DNA of 64,000 nucleotides from a virus, in IMG/VR virus record IMGVR_UViG_3300028590_000011, positions 16,040-80,039 of that record. One strand, given 5' to 3'. Each line of letters starts with the position of its first letter. The stretch's first letter is position 1. Position numbers and translations under genes: made by a program. The notes under the pieces were generated by a model. That model had not been told where the DNA came from. It worked only from the letters and a program-made list of their open reading frames with translations, and searched no databases. This document shows, piece after piece, positions 17,944-27,400 of this stretch.

Positions 17944-18197
17944 GGTTCGCCGTCACCTTCGGGCAGCGCTACTACAGCGAGGAGCACCCGATCTCACCCG
18001 AGATCAAGGGGAACTCCTACTACGTCATCGAGGCGGATGACGAGATGTCCGCTCGCAAGGAAGCCCACGACATCTTCGATGGTCGCTGGGCCTTCATCTA
18101 CGAGCTGGAGGAGTTCCAGCCGCAGATCGTGAAGTGGGATCTGGAAGAAGTACAACTCAACCAAGGAGAGCAAGATGGACGCACCCAAACTGAATGA
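17940..18197 (+). CDS. hypothetical protein
   Basis: GTGA overlap. Confidence 0.65.
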   Translation: MRFAVTFGQRYYSEEHPISPEIKGNSYYVIEADDEMSARKEAHDIFDGRWAFIYELEEFQPQIVKWDLEEVQLNQGEQDGRTQTE

Positions 18198-18651
18198 GAA
18201 GCTCATCATGGAGATCTGGGACTGGATCTCCTTCAAGGCCGGTACCGATGGTTTCCCGGCCTACAACCAGGGGACCTGGCACACCACGGAGATGTTGATG
18301 GACGAAGTGCTGGAGGTCACGCTCGCCCGCGAGCCGGAGTACCAGCACGGCGTGGCCTCGTACCAGGAGGGCTACTGCGGCACCGCCTGCTGTGTCGCCG
18401 GGTACGCCCTGTTGGAGAACACGAACCCGAAGACCGGGCAACTCCTCGAAGGCACCAAGGTGACCAACGTCGAAGGCGAGGATGTGATCATCAACTACGA
18501 CACTCGTGACTGGTGGGCGCTCGGCGCGCACAAGCTCGGCCTCACCGACGAGGAGGCCACGAGCATCTTCAGCGGAGACAACAAGATCGAGGATGTCCGG
18601 GCCAAGTTCAACAAGGTGCTCGCGGCTCGTGGATCGGCGCTGCGGCTGTGA
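18175..18651 (+). CDS. hypothetical protein, CGTACCVAG-motif paralog 1
   Basis: AAGGAG RBS; motif YCGTACCVAGY. Confidence 0.8.
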   Translation: MDAPKLNEKLIMEIWDWISFKAGTDGFPAYNQGTWHTTEMLMDEVLEVTLAREPEYQHGVASYQEGYCGTACCVAGYALLENTNPKTGQLLEGTKVTNVEGEDVIINYDTRDWWALGAHKLGLTDEEATSIFSGDNKIEDVRAKFNKVLAARGSALRL

Positions 18652-19157
18652 GCGCGCTGCCGAAGATGGACCTGAAGAAGGTCCAAGAGGTCTGGGACTG
18701 GATCGAGTTCAAGGCCGGAGTCGACGGTGAGCCAGCCTGGAACCAGGAGCATTGGGCAACGGTTATCACCACTGACGAGGAAGCGCAGAACAGCCTCCGT
18801 AGCGCTGCACGCGACGAAGTCGTCCGTGTTCACGGAGTGAACCTCTTCGAGGAAGAGTACTGCGGCACGGCCTGCTGCGTCGCTGGCTATGTCCTGAAGG
18901 ACAAGACCGACTTCACGTACGTCAAGGAGAGCGGCTTCCCATCTCCGATTCTGTTGGTGGGCGAGAAGGTCTTCAACGTCGAAGACGAGTACATGATCAT
19001 TGAGGATGAGCGCGACTGGGAGTACTACGCCGCGTTCGCGCTGGGCATCACCTTGGAGGAAGCCAACAAGCTCTTCGGTGGGTGCAACACCGCAGAAGAG
19101 ATCAAGGCGCTCTTCAACGAGTTCCTGGAGAAGCGCGGAGAGGCGATGCGACTGTGA
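18648..19157 (+). CDS. hypothetical protein, CGTACCVAG-motif paralog 2
   Basis: GTGA overlap; end-to-end similarity to the upstream gene. Confidence 0.8.
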   Translation: MSALPKMDLKKVQEVWDWIEFKAGVDGEPAWNQEHWATVITTDEEAQNSLRSAARDEVVRVHGVNLFEEEYCGTACCVAGYVLKDKTDFTYVKESGFPSPILLVGEKVFNVEDEYMIIEDERDWEYYAAFALGITLEEANKLFGGCNTAEEIKALFNEFLEKRGEAMRL

Positions 19158-19315
19158 TCCTCTACCACTACAACAAGGACGATCCGTTCGATACGGACAA
19201 CGTTCTCTGCCGCCACAAGCCGGAGGACGGCGAGACCGTGGGCGTCACTCAGCGGAGTGAGGACGTAACCTGTCCCGACTGCCTGGTGAGGGTTCTCGGG
19301 GAGGCGATCACATGA
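19154..19315 (+). CDS. small putative Zn-binding protein (H...C...CPDC)
   Basis: Coupled ORF. Confidence 0.6.
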   Translation: MILYHYNKDDPFDTDNVLCRHKPEDGETVGVTQRSEDVTCPDCLVRVLGEAIT

Positions 19316-19503
19316 GCAATATCGTTGTGTACAGCGACCGTGGCGTGAACGTCTGGGCGAAGGCGTACGCGTCTCGCGATGAGGCTGTCGCCTTCGCTTC
19401 TCAGATCGAGCCAGAAGTCGTCTTGCAGGACTTTGGCTACAAGCTGGGCGGCGTCTCCGAGAACGGCCTCAGAGTCATCGAGATCTTCGAGGAGCGACCA
19501 TGA
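19312..19503 (+). CDS. hypothetical protein
   Basis: GGAGG RBS, ATGA overlap. Confidence 0.6.
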   Translation: MSNIVVYSDRGVNVWAKAYASRDEAVAFASQIEPEVVLQDFGYKLGGVSENGLRVIEIFEERP

Positions 19504-19793
19504 TGTTCGGGCCGGTGTTGGTCACCGGTGCCGTGCACGACGTGGAGATCGGTTTCTGGGAGATCGGTCGAACTGAAGCTCTGAAGGACCCGACTGCACC
19601 TGACGACGAGGTGCATGTCTACGAGTACAACATCAAGTCCAAGAAGCGCCTCACCGACGAGGTGGAGATCTTCGAGGGTCTGGTGGAGCATCGTTACGGC
19701 GACGGCTGGATGGTGCTGATGTACAAGGTCCTGTCGGATGCCTTGGGTGTGGAGGCGAGTCTGGAACTCTCCACACCCGGTCCTGGCAGCTAG
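19500..19793 (+). CDS. hypothetical protein
   Basis: ATGA overlap; last gene of the + arm. Confidence 0.6.
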   Translation: MMFGPVLVTGAVHDVEIGFWEIGRTEALKDPTAPDDEVHVYEYNIKSKKRLTDEVEIFEGLVEHRYGDGWMVLMYKVLSDALGVEASLELSTPGPGS

Positions 19794-19896
19794 GTAAGAA
19801 CGGGCAGTGGTGCAGGCTGCTGCTGCATGTGATCCAGATCTCTGCCCGTCACCGTGTGACAACTGAATAGGGACCCTCTCTCCGTCCCAAGCCCCA

Positions 19897-19960
19897 AGGG
19901 GGCCTCTCATCTCAGCTTCGGCTGGGGTGGGAGGCCCCCTTCGTGGGCCTTTCTGCGTTT
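19897..19960. terminator. long stem-loop at the convergence of the two arms
   Basis: aagggggcctctcatctcagc-ttcg-gctggggtgggaggcccccttc, then gggcctttctgcgttt. Confidence 0.7.
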
Positions 19961-19968
19961 CTGGACCT

Positions 19969-20334
19969 TTATCCGAAGGAGATGGCCAGATCGCCCTGGT
20001 ACAGGATGTAGCCGAAGCCGTTGAGGATAGTGACCTTCTCAGGCAGTCGCGCGTACGCCCGGAGTCGTCCAGCAGTGGCAGCTGAGTTCACCCCGAAGTG
20101 GGTGATCTGTGTCTGAACCAGCCCGGTGAAGCGAGCGTCCGACAGCGACCAGATGGACCTGTTAGCTGGGTCAGTGAAGGACACCTGCGCGCGGACATAG
20201 CCGCCTCCGGAGATCTCGCAGTTGCCTACGCCCGCCAGTCCGGGGGTGTCGTAGTGCAGGGAGATCCAGGCTCCGTCAGCGACCTCCTGGAGCCATTCGT
20301 GCACCTGGTCGTCGGTGAAGCTGCCGTCCATCAC
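19969..20334 (-). CDS. minor tail protein
   Basis: ISLH...PG..G..EISGGGYVRA..F motif of small tail-tip proteins; position. Confidence 0.7.
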   Translation of the reverse strand: MMDGSFTDDQVHEWLQEVADGAWISLHYDTPGLAGVGNCEISGGGYVRAQVSFTDPANRSIWSLSDARFTGLVQTQITHFGVNSAATAGRLRAYARLPEKVTILNGFGYILYQGDLAISFG

Positions 20335-22532
20335 TGGGTCCCCGGTTCTGCTCGGAAGAAGCGGCCCATGAAGTACACCGGCTCAGGGCCCTGCTCATCA
20401 CAGTAGATCATCACGAACAGCATCCCGGCGTACTCCATGTTCGCGTTGTTCTCGGGGCTGAGCAGGTCGAGTGTATTGCTCAGATCCCACGCCCAGGAGG
20501 TGTCGTCCTCCAGCAGACCAGTGCGTGCAGCGCCCCGAGAGAAGCGGCCAGGAGAGTAGCCAGCGGGCTCGTAGTAGTTGCCCCAACCGATGATCAGGTC
20601 AGAGCCCTCAGCAGGCAGATAGGCGTCGTTGTCGTACGCCGTACCGTCCTCCTGGACACGCTCCCAGGCGTTCTCGAAGAACGGGTTGCCCTGCGCAGCA
20701 CCGTAGTTGGTGGTGATGTTCTGGGGCTTCAGGTACTTGATTCCAGTGGCCTCAGGGTCAGCAGGGAAGCGCGGCATCGCCTGCGGGGAGACACCGTTGT
20801 TGGCGTACACCGAGGCGTGGAAGCGGACCGGCAGGACGTTGCCGTCCTTGTCGTACGCCGCGATCTGGGAGCGCTTGATCGAACCAGCCTGAGACATCCG
20901 GATCGGAATAGCGAGGATGGACTGACCATCTCGCGCGACACCAGACCAGTTCTTGTTCGAGTCGGTCTCGTTGGTGGGGTTGATCCGGACGTAGTAGCCC
21001 TTGTAGGCCGGATTCGACGGTGGGTACTGCCGGGTGTAGTCCTCGTACGGGAACACCGCAGTCGAGGGGAGCTTCTCGTTGAAGAACTCCTTGGAGCCCA
21101 TCGGGACACAGCCAGAGCCCTCACTGTAGCTCCACGGGAGCACCAGGTCCTGGACGGTGTTGGAGTACTTGCCCGTCTGGAGTGCTCGCAACGGCGTCAA
21201 CGCGTCGCGGGTACGCGCCTTCACCTCGTCCACGGTCAACTGGTCGCGGTACTTGGAGTCGAACTCCAGGGTCATGGTGAGACTCATGAAGTCCGCCGAA
21301 GCACTGGTGACGTGGCAGATGAGTCCCTCCGGCAGCCCGAAGAAGTTCTTGACCCGCAGGGTGGTGCCTGCCTGCATCAGCATCCGAGGGCAGATCCGTC
21401 CATCGGCGTAGCGAGGGTCGGTGGAGAGGGTGATCGTGCCGGTGATCCCAGGATCAGAGAAGCGCTGGAGCTGACCCTGCGCGATCTTCTGCGCGGTGAC
21501 CGCGTCCACTCCGTCCTGGAACCTGATCATCGTCTCCTTGGCCCGCAGGTCCGGGTTGTAGAGCGGGTTCTGGTACCGAGGCCACACCTGCGGCTCGTAC
21601 GCGAAGGGGCGGTAGGTGGTGGTCTTCCCATCCGGCGAGACAGTCATCCCCGAGTAGGAGACGCCCGAGTCGTCCACGCCCTGACCGAAGATCACCGAGG
21701 CACGCTGGGTGAAGTCCCTACTCCCGGAGAAGGTGACGCCAGGCGAGCCGAGGACTACCTCGATGATCTCCTCGGAGTCGTCCTCAGGGATCTGACGGAG
21801 GTACAGCTCAGGACAGCGGTAGCCCCGGTTCCGGATCGTCCACTGCGCCCCACCCTCGGCAAACATCACACTCAGCAGGCTCTGTACGTGGCCGGTGAGG
21901 ACCGGCTCCCAGGATCCGGTGGAGCGACTCGTGAAGCCGGTCCAGCGCTGTCCAGTGGCCACACCCCACGGCTTCAGGAAGCTCAGGTACGCCGCATCGT
22001 TGTACTCCGGAACCCTCTGTTCCCACCATGCAGGCCACAGTACGCGGAACTGACCGAGATGGGCAGGATGCTGGGTCTGGTCGAATGCCTGTGCGATCAG
22101 GATCTCGTAGGGGATCGGTCGCTTCGGATAGGAGGGGATGGCCAGGTAGTCATCCAGCGCGTAGAGCGCGCCCTTCAGGTCGATGCTGAAGGTGTTCTCT
22201 CGGCCAGAGATACCGAACTGGTAGGAGACGATGAACCCCTCCCAGCGCCAGTCGATCCCGTAGTCTCCGGTGTTCTGCCAGACGATGTCGATGTCGCTGT
22301 TCGGGGACAGCCAATCGAGGTCGCCCTTGCCGGGGTTGTCGAACAGGGTCACTTGCGGCAGCGAGATCTGCGCCGTCTGGTGAGTGAAGGGGTCACCGAA
22401 GACGGCGCTGGTGAGCACGATGGGCGCACCACGGAAGATGGTGATCTCCTTGCGCTTCCCACTGGGGGTCTTGGCGAAGATCCGGAAGTAGCCGAGGCTC
22501 TGCGACTCGGTGGGGTGGGCAGACAGCGTCAC
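20331..22532 (-). CDS. minor tail protein (baseplate hub/Tal-like)
   Basis: Size and position downstream of the tape measure; GTG start 22532 overlaps upstream stop. Confidence 0.65.
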   Translation of the reverse strand: MTLSAHPTESQSLGYFRIFAKTPSGKRKEITIFRGAPIVLTSAVFGDPFTHQTAQISLPQVTLFDNPGKGDLDWLSPNSDIDIVWQNTGDYGIDWRWEGFIVSYQFGISGRENTFSIDLKGALYALDDYLAIPSYPKRPIPYEILIAQAFDQTQHPAHLGQFRVLWPAWWEQRVPEYNDAAYLSFLKPWGVATGQRWTGFTSRSTGSWEPVLTGHVQSLLSVMFAEGGAQWTIRNRGYRCPELYLRQIPEDDSEEIIEVVLGSPGVTFSGSRDFTQRASVIFGQGVDDSGVSYSGMTVSPDGKTTTYRPFAYEPQVWPRYQNPLYNPDLRAKETMIRFQDGVDAVTAQKIAQGQLQRFSDPGITGTITLSTDPRYADGRICPRMLMQAGTTLRVKNFFGLPEGLICHVTSASADFMSLTMTLEFDSKYRDQLTVDEVKARTRDALTPLRALQTGKYSNTVQDLVLPWSYSEGSGCVPMGSKEFFNEKLPSTAVFPYEDYTRQYPPSNPAYKGYYVRINPTNETDSNKNWSGVARDGQSILAIPIRMSQAGSIKRSQIAAYDKDGNVLPVRFHASVYANNGVSPQAMPRFPADPEATGIKYLKPQNITTNYGAAQGNPFFENAWERVQEDGTAYDNDAYLPAEGSDLIIGWGNYYEPAGYSPGRFSRGAARTGLLEDDTSWAWDLSNTLDLLSPENNANMEYAGMLFVMIYCDEQGPEPVYFMGRFFRAEPGTQ

Positions 22533-23545
22533 TCCGCGCCTCCGTAGCAACGAGAGAGCAGAGCGAACTCGTTCTGCACCTCAACCGGGGTGAGCTGGTT
22601 GGCATAGATGCTCAGGTCGAACAGGGCCATGTCCGCAGTGTGCAGGACATCTCCAGTGCTGCGCCCGAGGACCACGCCGTCGTCCAGGTGAGCCATCCCC
22701 AAGCCGGTGGGAGTGGAGCTGATCCTGATGTCCTCAGGGCCAGAGCCGACGTAGATGGTGACCGTGGGGTAGCCGAAGATCATGGCCAGGAACATCGGTG
22801 CGTTGGAGTTCAGCTCCGGGGTGATCGAGCCCATCCGCACCGGTGCCTTGCTCTCAGTGGCGAAGTACAAGTAGCCGCCCTGCATGGTCACTGAGTGCCA
22901 GGAGTCTCCGATGTCCTCAGCGAAGGACTCACCTTCAGGGGTGGCTCGTCCCGGACACCACAGCCCGTTGTAGGGGACTGCTACGTTGTTGCCGTAGGCC
23001 GAGTTGGGGCTCATCACCATGATTACGGTGTAGCCGGTGGAGCCACCGATGCTGCCCGTGAAGTCCGCCCACATGTGGTTGCGGGTGTCGGAGTCGAAGT
23101 TGAGCGCGGTCTGTACGAAGCGCTCGTCCTTGACTCGGTATTCGTAGTCGTTGACCAACACCGGCGCGTACTCCACCGAGGTCTCCCAAGTGGAGATCCC
23201 ACCAGTCGCGTCCTGGAAAGGTCGCCAGATCAGCGCGTCCTCGTCGTAGTAGTCCGGGTCAGCGATCCACCGGATGAGCGCTCCGGTCTCGATGGCGGTG
23301 CTGTCGTCGCGGAGTGCGATCACCTCGCCGGAGGCCGAGATGAGAGTGTTGCAGCGGATGTCATACGCCGGTACCTCTACAGGCCAGCCCTGCCTGATCC
23401 GGAACTCGTCCATCTCGAACGACTTGGTCTGTAGTGGGTAGAGACCTCCGGGAGCCTCGTTGACCTGAGGAGGCTCGACTGACAGTCGGACCTGGCCACT
23501 GACGATGATCTCCACGGGCTCTGGAGTGAACTCCTTCAGTGCCAT
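22529..23545 (-). CDS. minor tail protein, possibly LamG/ConA-like
   Basis: Position; C-terminal ...IYANQLTPVEV typical of LamG-like ends. Confidence 0.6.
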   Translation of the reverse strand: MALKEFTPEPVEIIVSGQVRLSVEPPQVNEAPGGLYPLQTKSFEMDEFRIRQGWPVEVPAYDIRCNTLISASGEVIALRDDSTAIETGALIRWIADPDYYDEDALIWRPFQDATGGISTWETSVEYAPVLVNDYEYRVKDERFVQTALNFDSDTRNHMWADFTGSIGGSTGYTVIMVMSPNSAYGNNVAVPYNGLWCPGRATPEGESFAEDIGDSWHSVTMQGGYLYFATESKAPVRMGSITPELNSNAPMFLAMIFGYPTVTIYVGSGPEDIRISSTPTGLGMAHLDDGVVLGRSTGDVLHTADMALFDLSIYANQLTPVEVQNEFALLSRCYGGAE

Positions 23546-23982
23546 CAGTTCGCCTCGTTGAAGAACGGCCCCAACGACACCGACAGGGTTCCGGATGGGA
23601 TCATCACTGTGTCACCGGTGTCGATGACATCAGGCTCAGCGAACTTGCCGATCATGTAGATGAAGCCGTCCACGACCGCGTTGCAGATCGCCCAGTACCG
23701 GATGGTGCCCCAGTCCTCCTGAGCCGTGGTGAAGGTCAGGTCCGTCTCGCAGACAGTGATCTGGATAGCGCCCTCGTTGGACCACACCGAGGTCTCGTTG
23801 ACGACCGCCACCCGCTCGTACTCCGGCGCGTCCGGCTCATCCAGCTCAGCACCAGAGAGGAACGGGGTGGGCGCTACGTCCTTGATCAGCGCCACGTAGA
23901 AGATCGGAGGTGGCTCAGCGGTCCGAGAGAAGAAGGTGTTCAGTAGCTCGCCAGCGCCCCACAGGGTGATCTTCCCGCTCAC
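23545..23982 (-). CDS. minor tail protein, similar to 19969-20334
   Basis: YVAL...P...G.E.....YERV...F..A..DWGTI motif. Confidence 0.7.
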   Translation of the reverse strand: MSGKITLWGAGELLNTFFSRTAEPPPIFYVALIKDVAPTPFLSGAELDEPDAPEYERVAVVNETSVWSNEGAIQITVCETDLTFTTAQEDWGTIRYWAICNAVVDGFIYMIGKFAEPDVIDTGDTVMIPSGTLSVSLGPFFNEAN

Positions 23983-24461
23983 TATGCGATCCTCTCACGA
24001 GTCACGTCCGGGTAGCGGGGAACGTTGAACGTCTCGATTGCCATCTGGTTGTGTGTCCAGACATGGCCGCGCGAGAGCACCGAATCCGCGAGCTGACACC
24101 GCCAGTACTCCCGGTACTCGTTGAAGGTCCATCGGATGCGATAGTCCATCTGCTCGAACAGGCTCTGGAGGAACCAGTAGTTGTCCGCCAAGTCAGTCTG
24201 GTCCTCGCCGCCAACCCAGACCGATACGGTCTCCATCACCATGTCCGGAACAGCGTGCACCAGATAGCTACCGCCCAGTACAGGTGACTCAGCGACCGTC
24301 TTGCGCCACGACTTGGCAGACTGCTCGCGGGTCTGGTCAGCGTTGATCCGGAACTTGTCGCCGTCGTTGATGTTGACCCAACGAGAGCCGTAGGACACCT
24401 CGACAGCTAGATAGGACAGCCCCTTGCTCTCAGGGGCGACTACGCCGTACGGGACCTTCAT
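23982..24461 (-). CDS. minor tail protein (distal tail-like)
   Basis: First gene after the tape measure. Confidence 0.6.
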   Translation of the reverse strand: MKVPYGVVAPESKGLSYLAVEVSYGSRWVNINDGDKFRINADQTREQSAKSWRKTVAESPVLGGSYLVHAVPDMVMETVSVWVGGEDQTDLADNYWFLQSLFEQMDYRIRWTFNEYREYWRCQLADSVLSRGHVWTHNQMAIETFNVPRYPDVTRERIA

Positions 24462-27400
24462 CGCTTGCCTCCAAGCGCTGCCTGCGAGAGCGCCTGGATG
24501 CGCTGGCGCTGCTGCATCTGCTGGATGAACTCGGCCGGGTTGTTGGCCGCAACAGTGATGTTGCCCGAGAAAGTCGTGGACCGGTCGATCTGGTACGTGT
24601 TGATGGTGTGCGTGACGATGGGCGTCCCACCAGTCAGGTGAGAAGCCTTGCCCTCAGAGCCGACGTGCATCTTCTGCATGATGTCCGCGATGAACATCGC
24701 ACCCCGGTCGTCCAGGGGCAGCACCATCTCCGGACCCTTCTCACCCACCCCGATGATGTTGGGGTCAGCGAAGATTCCGCCATGGCCATACCAACTGAGC
24801 GGCTCGTGGTTGTCCGGGTTCGGGCTCGTGTAGTGCCGGTAGCCGAGCTTGGCCATCCGATTCAGAGCGTTGGACCAGGAACCTCGCTCGAAGCCGCCAC
24901 CGATCTTGACCTTGCCCGCAGCCCGCTCCACGTTCGGGTACTCGTCCTTCAGCACGTCAGCCAGTGACATCCCGATGGCGACACCAGCAGCGCCGGAGCC
25001 GAGCATGACCGGACCGGTCCCGCCCATGATCTCGAAGTGCAGGTGGGGGCCTGAGGAGTTACCGGTGCTACCCACGCGGCCGATCTGCTGGCCACGGACG
25101 ACCGAATCACCGGGCTTCACACTGATCGCGGAGAGGTGGGCGTACAGGGTCTGTTCGTCAGTCTTGGGGTGGTTGACCCGGATGTGGTTGCCGTATGAGT
25201 AGTTCCAGCGGTTCACCAGCGCGATGACGCCGTCCTTGTAGGAACGGACCGGGTTGCCGTAGTCACCAGAGCCAGGGACGTTGATGTCGCCCGCCCAGCG
25301 AGCCCAGGGGTAGCCACCCTCGTGCTGGTGCCAACCACCGACAGCCGGGATAGTGCCGCCAGCAGCGAAGCCACGGCGAGCCATCTCGTTCATCTTCTTC
25401 ACGGCCTGCGGGCCACCGACCTGGTCCACCCACTCCGGAACCATGATCGCCTCGCCACCAGCCAACGAGAGGGCCCCGTGCTTGGGGGAGAAGAAGTGCA
25501 TGTCGTCACGGCCGATGGAGCGTCCAGGCAGCACACCACCATCGGCGTACTTGCGTCCTCCCGGACCCATGTCGTACTCGAACTTGTTGGTCCGACGACC
25601 CCCACCAGGGTTCTCCACCGGGGTGTACTTGAAGCCGAAGATCTCAGCCAACTGGGTCATGATGTCGTTACCCTCGACACCCAGCTCCGTGCGGAGCTTG
25701 GAGAAGGTACCGAGCACCAGGCGAGCCTGCGTCGCGCTCTTGCCGTTCAGCTCCTTGGTCGCTCGGACCAGGATCTCGGTCATAGAGCCGGAGATCTCCT
25801 CGGCCATCCGGTCCATGTCCTCCTTGGCACGAGCCATGGAGGTAGCGAAGTCAGTACTCATGTTCCGGACTGCGCGACCGTAGTCCTCAGCACCTCGCGA
25901 CATCGAGAGGGAGAAGGCCTTCTGCTGGCGCTCCTGAGCCGTCTCGTAGTCGGTCGCAGAGCGAGACATCGACTTCTGGAAGTCGTCCTCCATCTGCTGC
26001 ATCTGGAGACGGAAGTCCTTGCGGGCTCGCTTGACCGACTTCTCGAAGTCCGCAGTGGCGCGCGTACGAGACAGCTCGTACTGCCGCTGGAACTCCTCCC
26101 AGTCCTTAGAGGATTCGTCGGTGACCAGCTCCCGAGCAGCACCCAGCCGCTCCTTGATGGCGGTGTTGAACTGCTCGATGATCTGTGGGTTGTTGGCGGC
26201 CTCAGCCACGAACCTGGAGAGCTGCTGAGCGTTGTTGCTGTCCGTCAGACCGAGTTGCTGGATTGCATCGTCAGACAGCCCCATCCCGCGCACACGGTCC
26301 AGGTTGCTGCTCTGGTTCCGCATCTGCTCCAGCTGATCCTGGGCGTTGACCAGCATGTAGGAGGCAGACGAAGTGCGCTGCACCCGCATCCGCTCGTAGA
26401 TGTTGTACATCTGCTGAGCAGCCTGCTCGGCCATCAACACAACCTGGTGGTTGTAGTCCTGTTCCTGGCGCAGCCGGGAGGTGTTGAAGTCCTCCTGGCC
26501 CCGTGTCATGGACAGGGTGAACTGGTACTGGCCACGTTCACGAGAGAGGTTGTAGTCCTCTTCAGCCCGACGCCGGGAGAGCTGGTAGTCCTGCTCCTGG
26601 TACATCCGCTGGAGATGGAAGTCAGCCTGCGCACGCCGACGCGAGATGCCGTACTCCTCATCCATCCGCGCGCGCGAACGACCGAAGTCCTCCTGGGCCC
26701 GAGCCTGGGAGACATTGAACTCCCTCTGCTGGTAGAGCAGCTGCTGGAAGTACTGCACCTGCTGCATGGTGTTCTGGATGAAGCCCGCCTGGGCCTCCTC
26801 CATCTTCTCCATCTGGTTCGGGTCACCGGCCATGGTGTTGGCCTGCGTGGCGAACAGATTCGCCTGCTGCTGGTATCCCGCAGAGCGTCCCATGAACGGC
26901 TGCTGGTAGCCGAGGGTCTGCTTGGCCTTGTCCAGGATCGCCTGGTTGAGGATGTACTCCGGATCGTCCGCAGTCATCCCCTGAGCCAGCACGTCGCCGC
27001 TCTGGCGTACGACACCCAGCGGGGTAGCCCCATCGCGCAACAGCCGCGAGTAGGTGCTGTTGATCGCCCGGTACTGGAGGTTTACATCCTCAGGAAGCGC
27101 GAGGGCGCTCTTCACGTCCTGGCTACCCATGAAAGTGGCACCGGTGTAGTTGGTTCGCGCGATCCGATCCCACAAGCCGGTGGACTTACCAGGAGAGGTG
27201 ATCTGGTCGATCATCTTCTGGTAGTCGTCAGCGTTGTACTTGCCTCCACCCATCAGGCCCAGAAGCCCCTGCACAGCAGGGTTGTCCATGTCCGCCTGGG
27301 AAGCGACGAAGGCCTGCTTCAGGTCCTCGAACGTGATCCCGAGCTCGTCCATGTTGGGCTTCAGCTTCATGATCACTTCATCAAGCTTCTGCATCTGGGT

